A stretch of DNA of 64,000 nucleotides, taken from positions 128,001 through 192,000 of the forward strand of contig CAVYSY010000024.1 of the NCBI GenBank assembly GCA_963771175.1. The letters are read 5' to 3'. This DNA comes from an uncultured delta proteobacterium (GTDB taxonomy: Bacteria > Myxococcota > Myxococcia > Myxococcales > Myxococcaceae). The notes below the pieces were generated by a model. The model saw only the letters and a list, made by a program, of their open reading frames with translations, had not been told where the DNA came from and did not search any database. Each line of letters begins with the position of its first letter. Position 1 is the stretch's first letter. The translations under genes and the position numbers were made by a program. Positions 51,224 through 62,575 of the stretch are shown piece by piece.

Positions 51224-52619
51224 CTAGTAGGCGTTCTTCGACAGGAAGCCGCCGAGTGCAGTCCGGATGAGAATCTTCAGGTCCATCAACAGCGACCAGT
51301 TCTCGATGTAGTACAGGTCGTACTCAATCCGCTTCTGGATGGACGTCTGACCGCGCAGGCCGTTGATCTGCGCCCAGCCGGTGATGCCGGCCTTGACCTT
51401 GTGGCGCAGGTGGTAGCGGGGAATCTGCTTCTTGAACTCCTCGATGAACACGGGGCGCTCGGGCCGCGGGCCCACGAGGCTCATGTCACCGAGCAGCACG
51501 TTGAAGAACTGGGGCAGCTCGTCCAGCGAGTACTTGCGCAGGAAGGTGCCGATGGGCGTGCGCCGCGGATCGTCCTTGCTGGCCATCATGGCGCCCGTCA
51601 CCTCGGCGTCCACGCGCATGGTGCGGAACTTGAGGATGGGGAACGTCTCCCCGTCCATGCCCATGCGCTCCTGGGCGTAGAGCAGGGGCCCGCGGCTGGT
51701 GAGCTTCACCGCGATGGCCACCGCCAGCATGATGGGCGCGCTCACCACGATGGCCACCAGCGCGAAGAGGATGTCGAAGACGCGCTTGGCCACCATGTTC
51801 CAGCCCGTCATCGGATCGCCCTGGAGGCTGATGATGGGCAGCCCGCCGAACTCCTCGAGCCCACCGTACAGGGTGACGTACTGATAGAGGTCCGGCACCA
51901 CCTTCACGTCCACCGTGCGCAGCGCGAGCTGCTCCATCAGCGGCTTGACGGCGGCCTGATCCTCCAGCGGCACCGCGATGATGACCTGGTCCACCGGGCG
52001 CGCATCCAGCACGGCGTCCACGTCCTTCACGTGGCCAAGCACCTGCACGCCCCGCACCTGCTGGCCCACCTTCTCGGGCCGCAGGGTGAGCAGGCCCTCC
52101 ACGCGGAAGCCCAGCTCGCGGTGGCCCTCCACCGTCTCGATGACGCGCTGGCCCAGCTCGCCCGCGCCGATGACCAGGATGGACTTGAGGTTGAAGCCAC
52201 GCCGGCGCACCTCGTTGAGCACCGCGCGCAGCACCAGGCGCACCAGCGACACCAGGATGAACGCGTAGCCAGCGAAGAAGGCCAGCATCAGACGCGAGTA
52301 GCGCTCGCGCGTGAAGTACGTCAGCGCCACCACGATCAGCGTGGCCATGACGGTGGCCTTGAAGACCTCGAACACCTCGCCGATGTGCGTGCGCGCCCGG
52401 TTGGTCGACGTACAGCCGCGACTGGCGGTAGGTGACGGGGAAGACCACCAGCACCGTCGCCAACGAGACCAACGTCTCGTCCAGGGGCGGCAGTCCGTAG
52501 TGGACCGGGATGGGTCCGTCGAAGCGGGTGACGTAGGCGAGCACGAAGGCCACCGTCAGCATGACCACGTCGGCGGCGACCTTGATGGACGTGTAGAAAC
52601 GCTGGAACCGGCTGAACAC
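51224..52619 (-). CDS. wbaP: Undecaprenyl-phosphate hexose-1-phosphate transferase (frameshift near 52405)
   Basis: AKRVFDI, KFRTMRVDAE, DPRRTPIGTFLRKYSLDELPQFFNVLLGDMSLVGPRPER, KAGITGWAQING, DLYYIENWS. Confidence 0.9.
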
Positions 52620-52842
52620 GCGGGCCTCCTTACTGTGGCCTGCAAAACGCTCGGCCGCGACCTGCAATCATCGCACCCTGCCCCCACGGGCCGTCCTGTA
52701 CTGGACAGCCCACGCGGCCGGAGCGCTCGTACCACGAAAACCCCCCGGAATCCAAGGGGTTGCCCCGGCTTGTGACCCACGGTGCGAGCCCCTCCGCACA
52801 GGTGTGTCCCCCTCGGAAAAGCCCTCCACCAGGGCAGCGGTG

Positions 52843-53955
52843 TCAGGCCCGCGAGCCCATCAGCGCGTCCACCTCGGACTGGATGGCGCGCAGGAAGGTG
52901 GCCCGGCTGAAGCGCTCGGCCTGGGCGCGGGCGTCCGCCGGATTGAAGGCGGGCTCCCACTGCTCGAAGCGGCGCACGGCCTCCACCAGCGCGGCTGGCG
53001 TCTGCTCGTCGAAGAAGAGGCCCGTGCGAGGGCTGACCGTCTCCAGCGCCCCACCCCGCCCGTAGGCGATGACGGGGCGACCGCTGGCCTGGGCCTCGAG
53101 CGGGACGATGCCGAAGTCCTCCTCGGGGGTGAAGATGAGGGCGCGCGCGTCGCGGTAGAGGCCGGCGAGCGCCTCGTTGGGCACGGGCCCGAGGAAGCGG
53201 ATGTGGGACGGCAGCGCCCCCGAGGTGAGCTTCGCCGCCTCCTGGCCGGTGCCCACCATCCACAGCGGCGCATCCAGGTGCCGGAAGGCCTCCAGCGCGA
53301 TGTCGAGCCGCTTGTACGGGGCGAAGGCACCCAGCCAGAGGTAGTAGCCGCCCTGGCCGAGCCCCTCCAGCGGGTGCTGGCAGAAGCGCTCCAGGGCGAT
53401 GGGCGGGTACACCACCGAGGCCTCGCGGCCCCAGAAGCGCTGCACCTTGCCGGCGATGTGCTGGCTGTTGACGAGGATGCGGTCCACCCCGGCGGTGCTC
53501 TCGCGGTCCCACTTCTGGAGCCAGGGCCGCACCGCGTGCGCCGCCGCGCGCACCGGCAGCGAGGCCCGCCCCGGCCCGAAGTAGTCGTCGAACAGGTCCC
53601 ACATGTACCGCATGGGCGCGTGCACGTACGCGAGGTGCTTCGCCCCGGGCGGCTTGCGGATGCCCTTGGCCACGCAGTGGCTGGAGGAGATGACGAGGTC
53701 ATACCCCTCCAGGCGCATGGACTCGATGACCTGGGGCAGCACCGGGAGGAAGTGCCGGTAGAGCTTGTGGATGCCGGGAATCCGCTGGAGGACGGAGGTG
53801 TGGATGGGCCGCGACTCGATGCGCGGGTGCACGGCGCCGGGGCGGTGCACGAGGGTGTAGATGTCAGCCCGCGGGAACAGCTCGCACATTGCCTCGAGCA
53901 CGTGCTCGCCGCCGCGCTGGGTGACGAGCCAGTCATGGACGAGGGCGACCTTCAC
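52843..53955 (-). CDS. GT4 glycosyltransferase (mannosyltransferase-like)
   Basis: KVALVHDWLVTQRGGEHVL, YVHAPMRYMWD, EEDFGIVPLEAQASGRPVIAY. Confidence 0.92.
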   Translation of the reverse strand: MKVALVHDWLVTQRGGEHVLEAMCELFPRADIYTLVHRPGAVHPRIESRPIHTSVLQRIPGIHKLYRHFLPVLPQVIESMRLEGYDLVISSSHCVAKGIRKPPGAKHLAYVHAPMRYMWDLFDDYFGPGRASLPVRAAAHAVRPWLQKWDRESTAGVDRILVNSQHIAGKVQRFWGREASVVYPPIALERFCQHPLEGLGQGGYYLWLGAFAPYKRLDIALEAFRHLDAPLWMVGTGQEAAKLTSGALPSHIRFLGPVPNEALAGLYRDARALIFTPEEDFGIVPLEAQASGRPVIAYGRGGALETVSPRTGLFFDEQTPAALVEAVRRFEQWEPAFNPADARAQAERFSRATFLRAIQSEVDALMGSRA

Positions 53956-54046
53956 GGGCGGGCCTTGTACCACCGCTCGGTCCCGATGCCGACAACCAGG
54001 CAACCGAGCCCCCCATCCCGCCCGCGCGTGTGGTAGTGCCTCCCCC

Positions 54047-55131
54047 GTGGCGAGCGTCCTCATCGACCTGCGCATGGTCCGTGGCCGGCTGCACGGCATC
54101 GCGCGTTACGCGCTGGAGCTGGCGCGCCGGTTGCCCGCGCTGGCCCCCGACCTGGCGCTTCAGCGGCCTCACCGCGCCCGAGGGACTGCCCGACGGGCCT
54201 GGGCGCCCTCACCCCGCGCATCCCCCTGCACCGCTGCCCGGCGGGCTTCCTCTCGCCACTCGAGCAGCCGGCGCTCGCCGCCTCGCTGCGCCCGGCTGGG
54301 GCCGGACCTGTTCCACGCGACCTCCTTCTCGGTGCCGGCGCTGTGGCCCGGGACGGCTGGTGGCCACGCTCCACGACGCCAACCACCTGGCGCTGTCGGA
54401 GCAGTACGGCCCGGGCCGCCGCGCCTACTACCAGCTGATGGTCGGACCCCGGGCCGAGGACGGCCCAGGCGCTCATCACCGTCTCCGAGTTCTCCCGCGC
54501 GGAGCTGGCCGAGCACCTCGGCCTGTCGCCCTACAGCTTCCAGGTCATCCCCAACGGCGTGGACGCGCGCTACCAGCCCTCGACGGCCTCGGAGCTGAAG
54601 GCCTTCCGCGAGCGCCGCGGGCTGCCGCCGCGCTTCTTCGCTCGCGGTGGGCAACACCAAGGCCTTCAAGAACCTCGGGCTGCTGGCGGACATCGCCCCG
54701 TCCCTGCCCGAGCCCATCGCCCTGCTGGCCGGCAAGGGCGCGGCATGGGAGCTGGGCTTCCCGGAGTCCACCCTCGAGCTGGCCGATCTCCCCGAGGATG
54801 ACATGCCGCTGCTCTACGGGGCCGCGACCGCGCTGCTGATGCCCTCTCGCTACGAGGGCTTCGGCCTGCCCGCGCTGGAGGCCATGGCGTGCGGCCGCCA
54901 GCGGTGGTGGCGCGCACCACGTCCCTGCCGGAGGTGGTGGGCGATGCCGCACTGCTGCTCTCGCCCGACGATGCCAACGCGTGGCGGGAGACGGCGCTGA
55001 AGCTGCTGCGCGACGAGGCCCTGCGCCGGGAGCTCTCGGAGAAGGGCCGCGAGCGCGCCGCGCTCTTCACCTGGGACGACTGCGCCCGGCGCACCCTGGC
55101 CACCTATCGCCGGGCGCTCGAGTCTCGCTGA
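54047..55131 (+). CDS. GT4 glycosyltransferase (several frameshifts)
   Basis: [55 protein letters not shown]. Confidence 0.85.
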
Positions 55132-55141
55132 GCCACACGAT

Positions 55142-56251
55142 ATGCCGGAGCCGCTCAAGACCTTCTTCAGCCCGAGTGTGGTGGAGCGCATCGCCACCAT
55201 GCTTCGCGCCGCCCACCCGTCCTTCCCGGAGCAACGATTCCTGGCCGAAGCCAGCGACGGGCTCGAAGCGCATGAGCTCCTGGGCCGTGCCCGTCACATC
55301 ATGCAGGCCATGCACCGGGCCCTCCCCCAGGACTTCGAGCGCGCGGCCACCATCCTCCTGCGGTCGCTCGGGCCGGAGCACGAACGCGCGGAGCTCCAGG
55401 GCATGGGGGTGTTCCTCTACCTGCCTCACACCATGTACGTCGCGGAGCACGGGCTCGGCCATTTCGAGACGTCCATGAGCGCCCAGTACGAGCTCACCAA
55501 ACGCTTCACCGCCGAGTTCTCCATCCGCCCGTTCCTCGAGCGCCATCCACGCGAGACGCTGGAGCGCCTCCATCAGTGGGCTGGAGATCCGAATGTCCAC
55601 GTCCGACGGCTCGTCTCGGAGGGCACGAGGCCCCGGCTGCCCTGGGCCCCCCGGCTCCGCGCGTTCCAGGAGGATCCGCGCCCGGTGCTCACGCTGCTCG
55701 AGCTCCTCAAGGATGACCCGGAGCTCTATGTCCGGCGCTCCGTCGCCAACAACCTGAACGACATCGGCAAGGACCACCCGGACGTCCTGGTGGACACCTG
55801 CGCGCGCTGGAAGAAAGGCGCCTCGCCGGAGCGGCTGTCGATCATCCGCCATGCGCTCCGCTCGGCGGTGAAGCGCGGGGACTCACGCGCGCTCTCGGTG
55901 CTCGGGTTCAGCGGAGGCAGCGAGCTCGAGGTCACGGCCTCGTTCCAGCCGAAGCGGGTCCGGCTCGGCGAGAGCGTGGGGATCACCCTTTCCGTCACCA
56001 ACCGCGCCCAGACACGCCAGAAGGCCGTCATCGACTTCGCCGTGCACTTCATCAAGGCGAACGGCTCGGCCCGCCCGAAGGTCTTCAAGGGCGGGAAGGT
56101 CGAGCTCCCAACCGGCGCGTCGTGCACCTTCGAGAAGACGATTTCCTTCGCTCCGATGACGACGCGCAAGCACTACGCGGGGACGCACCGGGTCGAGGCG
56201 CTCGTCAATGGCCAGGCCACGGACCTGGGAAGCTTCACCGTTACCGACTGA
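55142..56251 (+). CDS. alkC: HEAT-like repeat DNA alkylation repair glycosylase with C-terminal Ig-like domain (AlkC-beta type)
   Basis: TKRFTAEFSIRPFL, HVRRLVSEGTRPRLPW, DDPELYVRRSVANNLNDIGKDHP, KPKVFK-like RPKVFK, TTRKHYAGTH. Confidence 0.85.
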   Translation: MPEPLKTFFSPSVVERIATMLRAAHPSFPEQRFLAEASDGLEAHELLGRARHIMQAMHRALPQDFERAATILLRSLGPEHERAELQGMGVFLYLPHTMYVAEHGLGHFETSMSAQYELTKRFTAEFSIRPFLERHPRETLERLHQWAGDPNVHVRRLVSEGTRPRLPWAPRLRAFQEDPRPVLTLLELLKDDPELYVRRSVANNLNDIGKDHPDVLVDTCARWKKGASPERLSIIRHALRSAVKRGDSRALSVLGFSGGSELEVTASFQPKRVRLGESVGITLSVTNRAQTRQKAVIDFAVHFIKANGSARPKVFKGGKVELPTGASCTFEKTISFAPMTTRKHYAGTHRVEALVNGQATDLGSFTVTD

Positions 56252-56283
56252 TTCAGTAACCAGCTCCCCGCCGAGGGCTCGTC

Positions 56284-57720
56284 CTACGCCGCCCCGCGGG
56301 GCGGCACCGCCGCGAAGTTGCCTGACTGCCGCGTCACTCGCGAACCGGCTGGCCGGCTGGGGAACTCGAGCCGCAGGCGAGCCCCGCCCTCGGGCCTGTT
56401 ATCCGCGGTGAGCACGCCGCCGAACTGCGCCACCAACTCGCGCGACAGGGGCAGGCCCAGTCCGGTGCCCTTGTCGGGGCTCTTGGTGGTGAAGAAGTTC
56501 TCGAAGAGCCGCGACATCACATGCGGGGCGAAGCCCGGTCCGTTGTCCTCGATCAGCAACACCACACGATCGCCCTCGGCCAGACCCCTCACCCATACCT
56601 CGCCCTGAAGCACCTGGTGCTCCTCCAGCGCGTCCCCCGCGTTGACGAGCAGGTTGAGCACCACCTGCGCCAGCTTGCGACGCACGGCGAAGACCTCGGG
56701 CAGCTCCTTGGGCACGTCCACGTTCAGCCCGGCCACGTGCTTCAGCCGGATCGACGCCAGCTTCACCGCGTCTCCCACCACGTCGGCCAGCGCGCACTCC
56801 GAGGGCTCCTCGGTGTCCATGCGCGAGAAGCCCTTCAGGTCCGCGGCGATCCGGTGGATGTGATCCACGCCCTCGCGCGTCTCCGCGATCACCTCGGCCA
56901 CCTCGGCCTTGTCCGAGGGGGTTTCCGCGAGCATCTCCCGCTGGAGGAAATCGAGGTTGGCGCGGATATAGGACAGCGGGTTGTTGATCTCATGCATCAC
57001 GCCCGCGGCGATCCGTCCGATGATGGCCAGCTTCTCGGACTGGGTCCGGCGGCGCTCACTGAGGGCCAGCGCCTCGAGGGCCTCGCGGCGAGTGCGCTCC
57101 AGACGGGCCTGGTGCTCCGCCGCCTGCATCTTGAAGAGCCAGGAGGAGCAGTAGAGCCCGAAGAAGGTACAGGACACCACCATCGTGCTCCACGTCAGGG
57201 ACTCGGAGATGGAGCGACCATCCGCATGCATGAGCATGAAGGCCCCGATGGCCCCCACCACCCCGCTCGTGATGATCTCGATGATGCCCCGCTGGTACAG
57301 CAGGGTGACGACGAGCTGCCAGCCCGGGAGGAAGGCCACGTAGGGACTGTTGACGCCTCCCGCGAAGATGGCGAGCGCCAGACCGGCGCCTCCCGAGAGC
57401 ACACCGTGGAAGGCCGCGAGCAGATGCGCCTGCCAGGCGGAAGACCGCTTGAGCATCCACGGGTAGACCGCCAGGAGCGCGGCCCAGACGACGCGGACCG
57501 CCAGCATGTCGAGCCGGAAGCCCCCCACGACGATGACATCCAGCGAGTACAAGCCCAGGACGACCACGGGGAACACCCGGGGAACCTGGGTGCGACCCAG
57601 TCTGTACACCTCCGCGGACTCACCCGGGTCTTGCTGCCCCGAGGGGCCCAGCCCGTCCTGCTCATCTCCAGTAGTCGAATGAAGCATCTGCATGACTCGC
57701 GAGAACGAGGGAAAGGGCAT
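56284..57720 (-). CDS. Membrane sensor histidine kinase (start may be near 57693)
   Basis: About 5 TM segments; SEKLAIIGRIAAGVMHEINNPL; LNLLVNA; DNGPG; FFTTKSPDKGTGLGL. Confidence 0.9.
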   Translation of the reverse strand: MPFPSFSRVMQMLHSTTGDEQDGLGPSGQQDPGESAEVYRLGRTQVPRVFPVVVLGLYSLDVIVVGGFRLDMLAVRVVWAALLAVYPWMLKRSSAWQAHLLAAFHGVLSGGAGLALAIFAGGVNSPYVAFLPGWQLVVTLLYQRGIIEIITSGVVGAIGAFMLMHADGRSISESLTWSTMVVSCTFFGLYCSSWLFKMQAAEHQARLERTRREALEALALSERRRTQSEKLAIIGRIAAGVMHEINNPLSYIRANLDFLQREMLAETPSDKAEVAEVIAETREGVDHIHRIAADLKGFSRMDTEEPSECALADVVGDAVKLASIRLKHVAGLNVDVPKELPEVFAVRRKLAQVVLNLLVNAGDALEEHQVLQGEVWVRGLAEGDRVVLLIEDNGPGFAPHVMSRLFENFFTTKSPDKGTGLGLPLSRELVAQFGGVLTADNRPEGGARLRLEFPSRPAGSRVTRQSGNFAAVPPRGAA

Positions 57721-57816
57721 CGGTCACACGGAAGAGGCTGCGGGTCTCGCCAGCCTAACATGCGAAGGAAGCGGAGCCGGAACCACTCCACCATTTCCGC
57801 TCCAGTGTTTCCGTGT

Positions 57817-58917
57817 CTAACCGGGAGTTCCGTTCTCTGTGCACTCCATGTCTGATCGGGTGGGATTGGGGGCGGAATCGGTCCGCTCCAGCTCGGTGGG
57901 ATTGAGGCGGAACCAGCGGGCGACGAGCAGGACTTCCTGGGCCTCGTGGGCGCGCAAGCCGACGGTCCTGGCCTCCGGCCGCTCGAAGACCTCGCCCACC
58001 TTCTCCCGCAGTGCGCGGTGCTCACTCGGAGTGCGTGGAGCGGCGAGCTCGGCGCGCACGCTGCCCCGGCGGACGATGTAGACGCGGTCGTCCCCGCCAT
58101 GGCCCGGGACGGTGTAGACGAAGGAGAGGCGCTCCACGGTCTGGCCGAGCTGGATGAGCTCGGTCTGCGCGCGCTCCAGCGTCGCCGCGCGGTCGCGCAG
58201 CTCGGCGGCGTACTCGAACTGGAGGCGCCGGGACGCAACGGTCATGCGCTCGCGCAGCAGGGCGAGCGGCACGTCCGAGATGCCATTCAAGAAGTCTCGG
58301 GCCTGGGCGATGCGCGCGAGGTACTCGGTGCGCGTGCAACCGCCGGCACACGGGGACAGGCAGCGGCCGACCTGACCGCGCATGCACCGCGGATCCGCTC
58401 GGAGGCGGAAGAGCTCGATCTGATCCGCGAGCCGCATGGGCGTGTCCGAGGGGCAGTCGCGCAGCTCCAGCAGATCACACACGGCCCGCACCGCCTCGGT
58501 GACGCCCTGCCGACCCCGGAGGGGACCGAAGTACTCGGCGCCATCGTTGATGACGTGGCCCACGACGAGCAGCCTGGGCACGGGCTCGCGGGTGAGCTTG
58601 ATGAAACACAACAGGCTGTCGCGCTTGTGCTCCACGTTGAAGAGGGGCCGCCAGCGCTTGATGAGCCGGAACTCCTGCAGCAGCGCGGCGAACTCGCTCG
58701 GGACGTACTCCCACTCCACGTCGTGGGCGTGCCCGATGATCTCCGCGGCCTTCTCTCCCCGCGGAGCCCGGAAGTAGGAGAGCAGCCGCGTGCGCACCCG
58801 TACCGACTTGCCCACGTAGAGCACCTCTCCCGAGGGACCGCGCATGCGGTAGACCCCGGGCCGGTTCTCGGCGCGGGCCCGGACCTCTGCGCGGAGTTGA
58901 TCGAGACGTGGGCTCAT
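57817..58917 (-). CDS. UvrC/Cho-like GIY-YIG endonuclease with UVR motif, lacking the C-terminal RNaseH/HhH domains
   Basis: PGVYRM...VLYVGKS...RLLSYF; EFRLIKRWRPLFN; YFGP; CxxxxxxxC/CLSPCAGGC cluster; LQFEYAAELRD. Confidence 0.85.
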   Translation of the reverse strand: MSPRLDQLRAEVRARAENRPGVYRMRGPSGEVLYVGKSVRVRTRLLSYFRAPRGEKAAEIIGHAHDVEWEYVPSEFAALLQEFRLIKRWRPLFNVEHKRDSLLCFIKLTREPVPRLLVVGHVINDGAEYFGPLRGRQGVTEAVRAVCDLLELRDCPSDTPMRLADQIELFRLRADPRCMRGQVGRCLSPCAGGCTRTEYLARIAQARDFLNGISDVPLALLRERMTVASRRLQFEYAAELRDRAATLERAQTELIQLGQTVERLSFVYTVPGHGGDDRVYIVRRGSVRAELAAPRTPSEHRALREKVGEVFERPEARTVGLRAHEAQEVLLVARWFRLNPTELERTDSAPNPTRSDMECTENGTPG

Positions 58918-59097
58918 GCGGCGGAAGCCCGGCGCGGAACACACCGGGACCGCCAAAGGTACAGCGGAGCTACGGGTAATTCGGACAACCGACGGAGCGT
59001 GCGCCTCTGGTCTGGCCCTGGAGGGAGCGGCGGGACGAGCGGTTGAACCCCCTCACCCGCTCAGTTCCGACCCCATCCAGGCCCGGGGCTCACGTCC

Positions 59098-60654
59098 TCA
59101 CTGGTCGTCACACGGGGTGCCCAGACGGTCACCCGTGTACACCCCCAGCTCGTTGTAGATGAGCGGGAGGTTCTCGGCGACGGGCACCGCGCGCAGCTCG
59201 ATCTTCTTCTTGTTGTTCTCGATCCACGTCGAGGGCGCCTCCTTGTCCAGCACCAGCCGGAGCTCGCCCTTCTCCGTCGAGAAGATCTCCCCCTCCGAGT
59301 CAGCGACGATGTCCGTCATCTTCTGCTGCTGGAGCTGGCCCTTGGGGCCGATGGACACCCGGAAGTTCCGCTCCTCGGACGGCTGGAAACCCCGCTCCAC
59401 CAGGTAGTAGCGGCCGAGCTGATCGCGAAGCAGCGCATGGGGCACGTACTTCTGCGGGTTCGGCTCGAAGGTGGCCTTGCGCACCAGCTCCTGCGCCTGC
59501 TCGGACTCGACCAACGTGAACGGGATGGTCCGCTCGCCGCACCGCACCGCACAGGTCTTCTTCTCGTCGTCCAGCTCCACCTCCGAGTACACGCGCATGT
59601 CGAGCCCGCGGAACGAGGAGTTCATCGTCTTGTTGAAGAAGCGAGGCTCGAGGAAGTGGTAGCCGCTGAGCACCCAGGGTGGAGGGGCCACCTGGACGAA
59701 GCGCTTGCCGTCTCCGTAGGCGAGCTGCACGCTCTGCCGCTCATGGGGCATCGCCGCCACGTAGTGCCCCTTGCCATCCGTGCACATGCGGACCTTCTCC
59801 AGGCGCAGCCGCTCGGCCAGCTTCTCTCCCTTGCCACGCGCGGACTCGAGGTTCTCCTCGAGGTACTTCGTGGCGAACTCCTCCTGGTTCGCCGCGTCCT
59901 TGGCGGTCGTCCAGGAGACGCGGCCCGCCTGTACCTCCAGCTTCAGGGCGTCGCCGAAGCGGCAGGTGAACTCCCTGGCCTGGGCCTGAATGGCCTTCTT
60001 CCCCTCGGCGGAGGCGCACAGCTTGCTCAGCGACTCCAGCGGGGACCCACAGTAGGAGGGAATGCTGTACGTCTTGAGCAGCTCGTCCGAGATGCTGCTC
60101 CAGTCGATCGTCGCCTTCACCGAGGTGCCGCACGCCGCGTTCAGGGACTTCACCGACTCGGCGAGCGTCTGCTCGGCTCCGGCCATCTCGCCCTTCCGGT
60201 CGAAGGCCATCAGCCGCGTGAGCGTGCCATCCGCCTGCTGCTTCTGGTGCAGCGCGTACACCTCCTCGGCCTTCAAGGTGTTGGTGCGCGCTTCGTCGAA
60301 GGAGACGGTGATGCCGTCCCGTCGGTTGGGCACGTAGAGGGTGTACCTCCTGCGGCCCCCGCTCGAGCGCACCACGAGGGTGGAGTAGCCGCGCCCCTGC
60401 CGCTGCGTGGTGTAGCGCACGTCGTCGCCCGACTCATGCACCTCGTAGGGAAGCACCTTGCCGTCGAGCTCGCTGTCCGTCCCCTGCACGTGGAGGAGGG
60501 CCTTCTTGCTCTCCACGGGGCTGAGCGGAACGACCGCTACCCGCTCCCCCTCCGGACCGGAGAACACCTTGCCTGCTTCCACGGGCGCCGCCGCGCGGGC
60601 GGGTGCTCCACCCAACGCAGCGACCACGATGACCGTCGCCAGAATGCCTCTCAC
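59098..60654 (-). CDS. Secreted hypothetical protein
   Basis: VRGILATVIVVAALGGAPARA signal after a GGAGG RBS; Cys-containing helical middle region CGTSVKATIDW...YCGSPLESLSKLC. Confidence 0.75.
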   Translation of the reverse strand: MRGILATVIVVAALGGAPARAAAPVEAGKVFSGPEGERVAVVPLSPVESKKALLHVQGTDSELDGKVLPYEVHESGDDVRYTTQRQGRGYSTLVVRSSGGRRRYTLYVPNRRDGITVSFDEARTNTLKAEEVYALHQKQQADGTLTRLMAFDRKGEMAGAEQTLAESVKSLNAACGTSVKATIDWSSISDELLKTYSIPSYCGSPLESLSKLCASAEGKKAIQAQAREFTCRFGDALKLEVQAGRVSWTTAKDAANQEEFATKYLEENLESARGKGEKLAERLRLEKVRMCTDGKGHYVAAMPHERQSVQLAYGDGKRFVQVAPPPWVLSGYHFLEPRFFNKTMNSSFRGLDMRVYSEVELDDEKKTCAVRCGERTIPFTLVESEQAQELVRKATFEPNPQKYVPHALLRDQLGRYYLVERGFQPSEERNFRVSIGPKGQLQQQKMTDIVADSEGEIFSTEKGELRLVLDKEAPSTWIENNKKKIELRAVPVAENLPLIYNELGVYTGDRLGTPCDDQ

Positions 60655-60704
60655 GTCTGCCTCCTGTGGGCGCGCCAGGGCCCGAGCCGGGCTGGCGCGA
60701 GCGT

Positions 60705-62519
60705 TCACAAATCCATGCCGTACTTCTTGCAGTACTGACTCACCCGGCGCCGCTCCGCGGAGGGCAGGAGCCTCCACTGCGCCTTGGCGTTGGAGAGATC
60801 GAGTCGCCGACAATAAGCGCGAGCGAGCAGGAAGACCGCCGCCTGGGTCTTCTGCTCGCGCTGGCTCCGGAGGGCGAGACGGATCGCATCCTCGAACTGG
60901 CCGGCGTCCAATGCGCGCTCCGCCTCGTTCAGGACCGCCTGCACCGCCTCCGGAATGACCTCGCGCTTGCCCTGACTCGCCAACTTGGGCGTGGGCTTGC
61001 TCTCGACGACAGCGGGGACGACCGGTGTTGCGGGGGTGGCAACGGGCACCTGCGGCACGGTCTCGGGAGCGGCCGGGGGCGTGGGTGGAGCCTTCGCCTC
61101 GGGAGGGGGCTCGGGCGTGGGCGGGGCCTTCGGGGCGAGAGCGGGCACCACCACGCTCTCCGGCGCGTTGCTCGCGGGACACGGGTGCGGAGCGAGAACC
61201 GAACCACGCATTCACGACGGCCACGCCGAGGAGCACCACCATCGCGCCGAGCGCTATGGGGATGATCGGCTTCGCACGGGCCGGTCGAAGCTCCGGGGCC
61301 ACGGACGGAGACGCCACGACCTGGGGAGGAGAGGTGGGAGCGGGACTCGCGGGTGGCGGCTCCGCCACCGGGGCCGGCATGCGCGCCGTGGACGAGGGCA
61401 CGAGCGTCGCGGCGAATCCAACGTCATCCGTCGCGGGAGCCGGGAAGCGCGCGGTGGACGAGGGCATGTGCGTCGCGGCGAGTCCGACGGCCTCGCTCCA
61501 GCGACCGGCGCGGGAGCCGGGAAGCGCGCGGTGGACGAGGGCACGTGCGTCGCGGCGAATCCGCCCTCCTCCGCGGAGGACGGTGCGACCCGGGAGAAGG
61601 ACGGGGCCGGAGCCGTTCCGGGGAGGCTCTGGAGGGGGCTGCCGGTCAGCTCGGCGATGAAGGACGCGACATCCGGATAGCGGTCCCGCGGGCTCTTCGC
61701 GAGCGCCCGCTCCACCACCGAGAGGACCTGCTCGGGGAGGTCCGGACAGCGCGTCGCCAGGGGCTCGGGCTGCGTGTGGACGATGCGGAAGATGATCTGC
61801 ACGATGCTCCCGCCCTCGCCCGCGAACGGCGGAGTCCCGGACAGCATCTCGTAGACGATGCACCCGAGGGCGAAGAGGTCCGTCCGGGCATCCACCTCGC
61901 TGTTCTTCCCCAGTGCCTGCTCGGGCGCCATGTACTGCGGCGTGCCGATCAGTACCGCGTCCTGGGTCTGCAGCGTCTGCGAGTCGAGCATCTTCGAGAT
62001 GCCGAAATCGAGCAGCTTCACCCGCTCGCCCACCACGCCCCCGGAGTCGGTGGGCACGAGGAACACGTTGGCGGGCTTGAGGTCGCGGTGGACCACTCCG
62101 GCACGGTGCGCCGCCTGGAGGGCCGAGCCGATCTGCCGGGTGATGGCGAGCACCTCGGTGAGCGGGAGTCGTCCGCGCAGCAGCCGCTGTTCGAGGCTCT
62201 CGCCGCGCAGGTACTCCATCACCAGGAAGGGCGTGCCGTCCTGGAGGGTGTCGAAGTCGAGCACCTCGACGATGTTCGGGTGGCCGAGCTGGGTGGCGAT
62301 CTCCGCCTCGCGGCGGAAGCGCGCATACAGCTCCGGGTTGAGGCTCGCGCTGTTCTGGAGGACCTTGACGGCCACCTGTCGCCCGGGGAGCCGGCGGTGA
62401 CGGGCCAGGAAGACCTCGCCCATCCCCCCCTTTCCGAGCAGAGAGGTGATCTCGTACGTCTCCTGCAGGACCGCGCCCACGCGAATTTCACTGGCAGCCG
62501 GTTGGGTCATGGGGGGCAT
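60705..62519 (-). CDS. Eukaryotic-like Ser/Thr protein kinase with TM segment and C-terminal TPR-like helix (frameshifts at ~61170-61500)
   Basis: LGKGGMGEV, VAVKVL, HRDLKPANVFL, DFGISK, GTPQYMAPEQ, DLFALG; TM IIPIALGAMVVLLGVAVV. Confidence 0.9.
61381..61560 (-). repeat. Three imperfect tandem repeats within the kinase linker (AATxxPSSTARxPAP)
   Basis: GCGCGC(C/G)GTGGACGAGGGCA.G.GCGTCGCGGCGA occurs at ~61381, ~61448 and ~61525. Confidence 0.75.
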
Positions 62520-62575
62520 CGGGCCGAGCTGGGGCCCGGGTCATGACTTAGCCCGCTTCGACCCCACTTCGCCAG

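Noticed and set aside
58918..59097. LexA/SOS box upstream of the uvrC-like gene
   Set aside because: No convincing match to the Myxococcus-type GTTCAG-containing motif.
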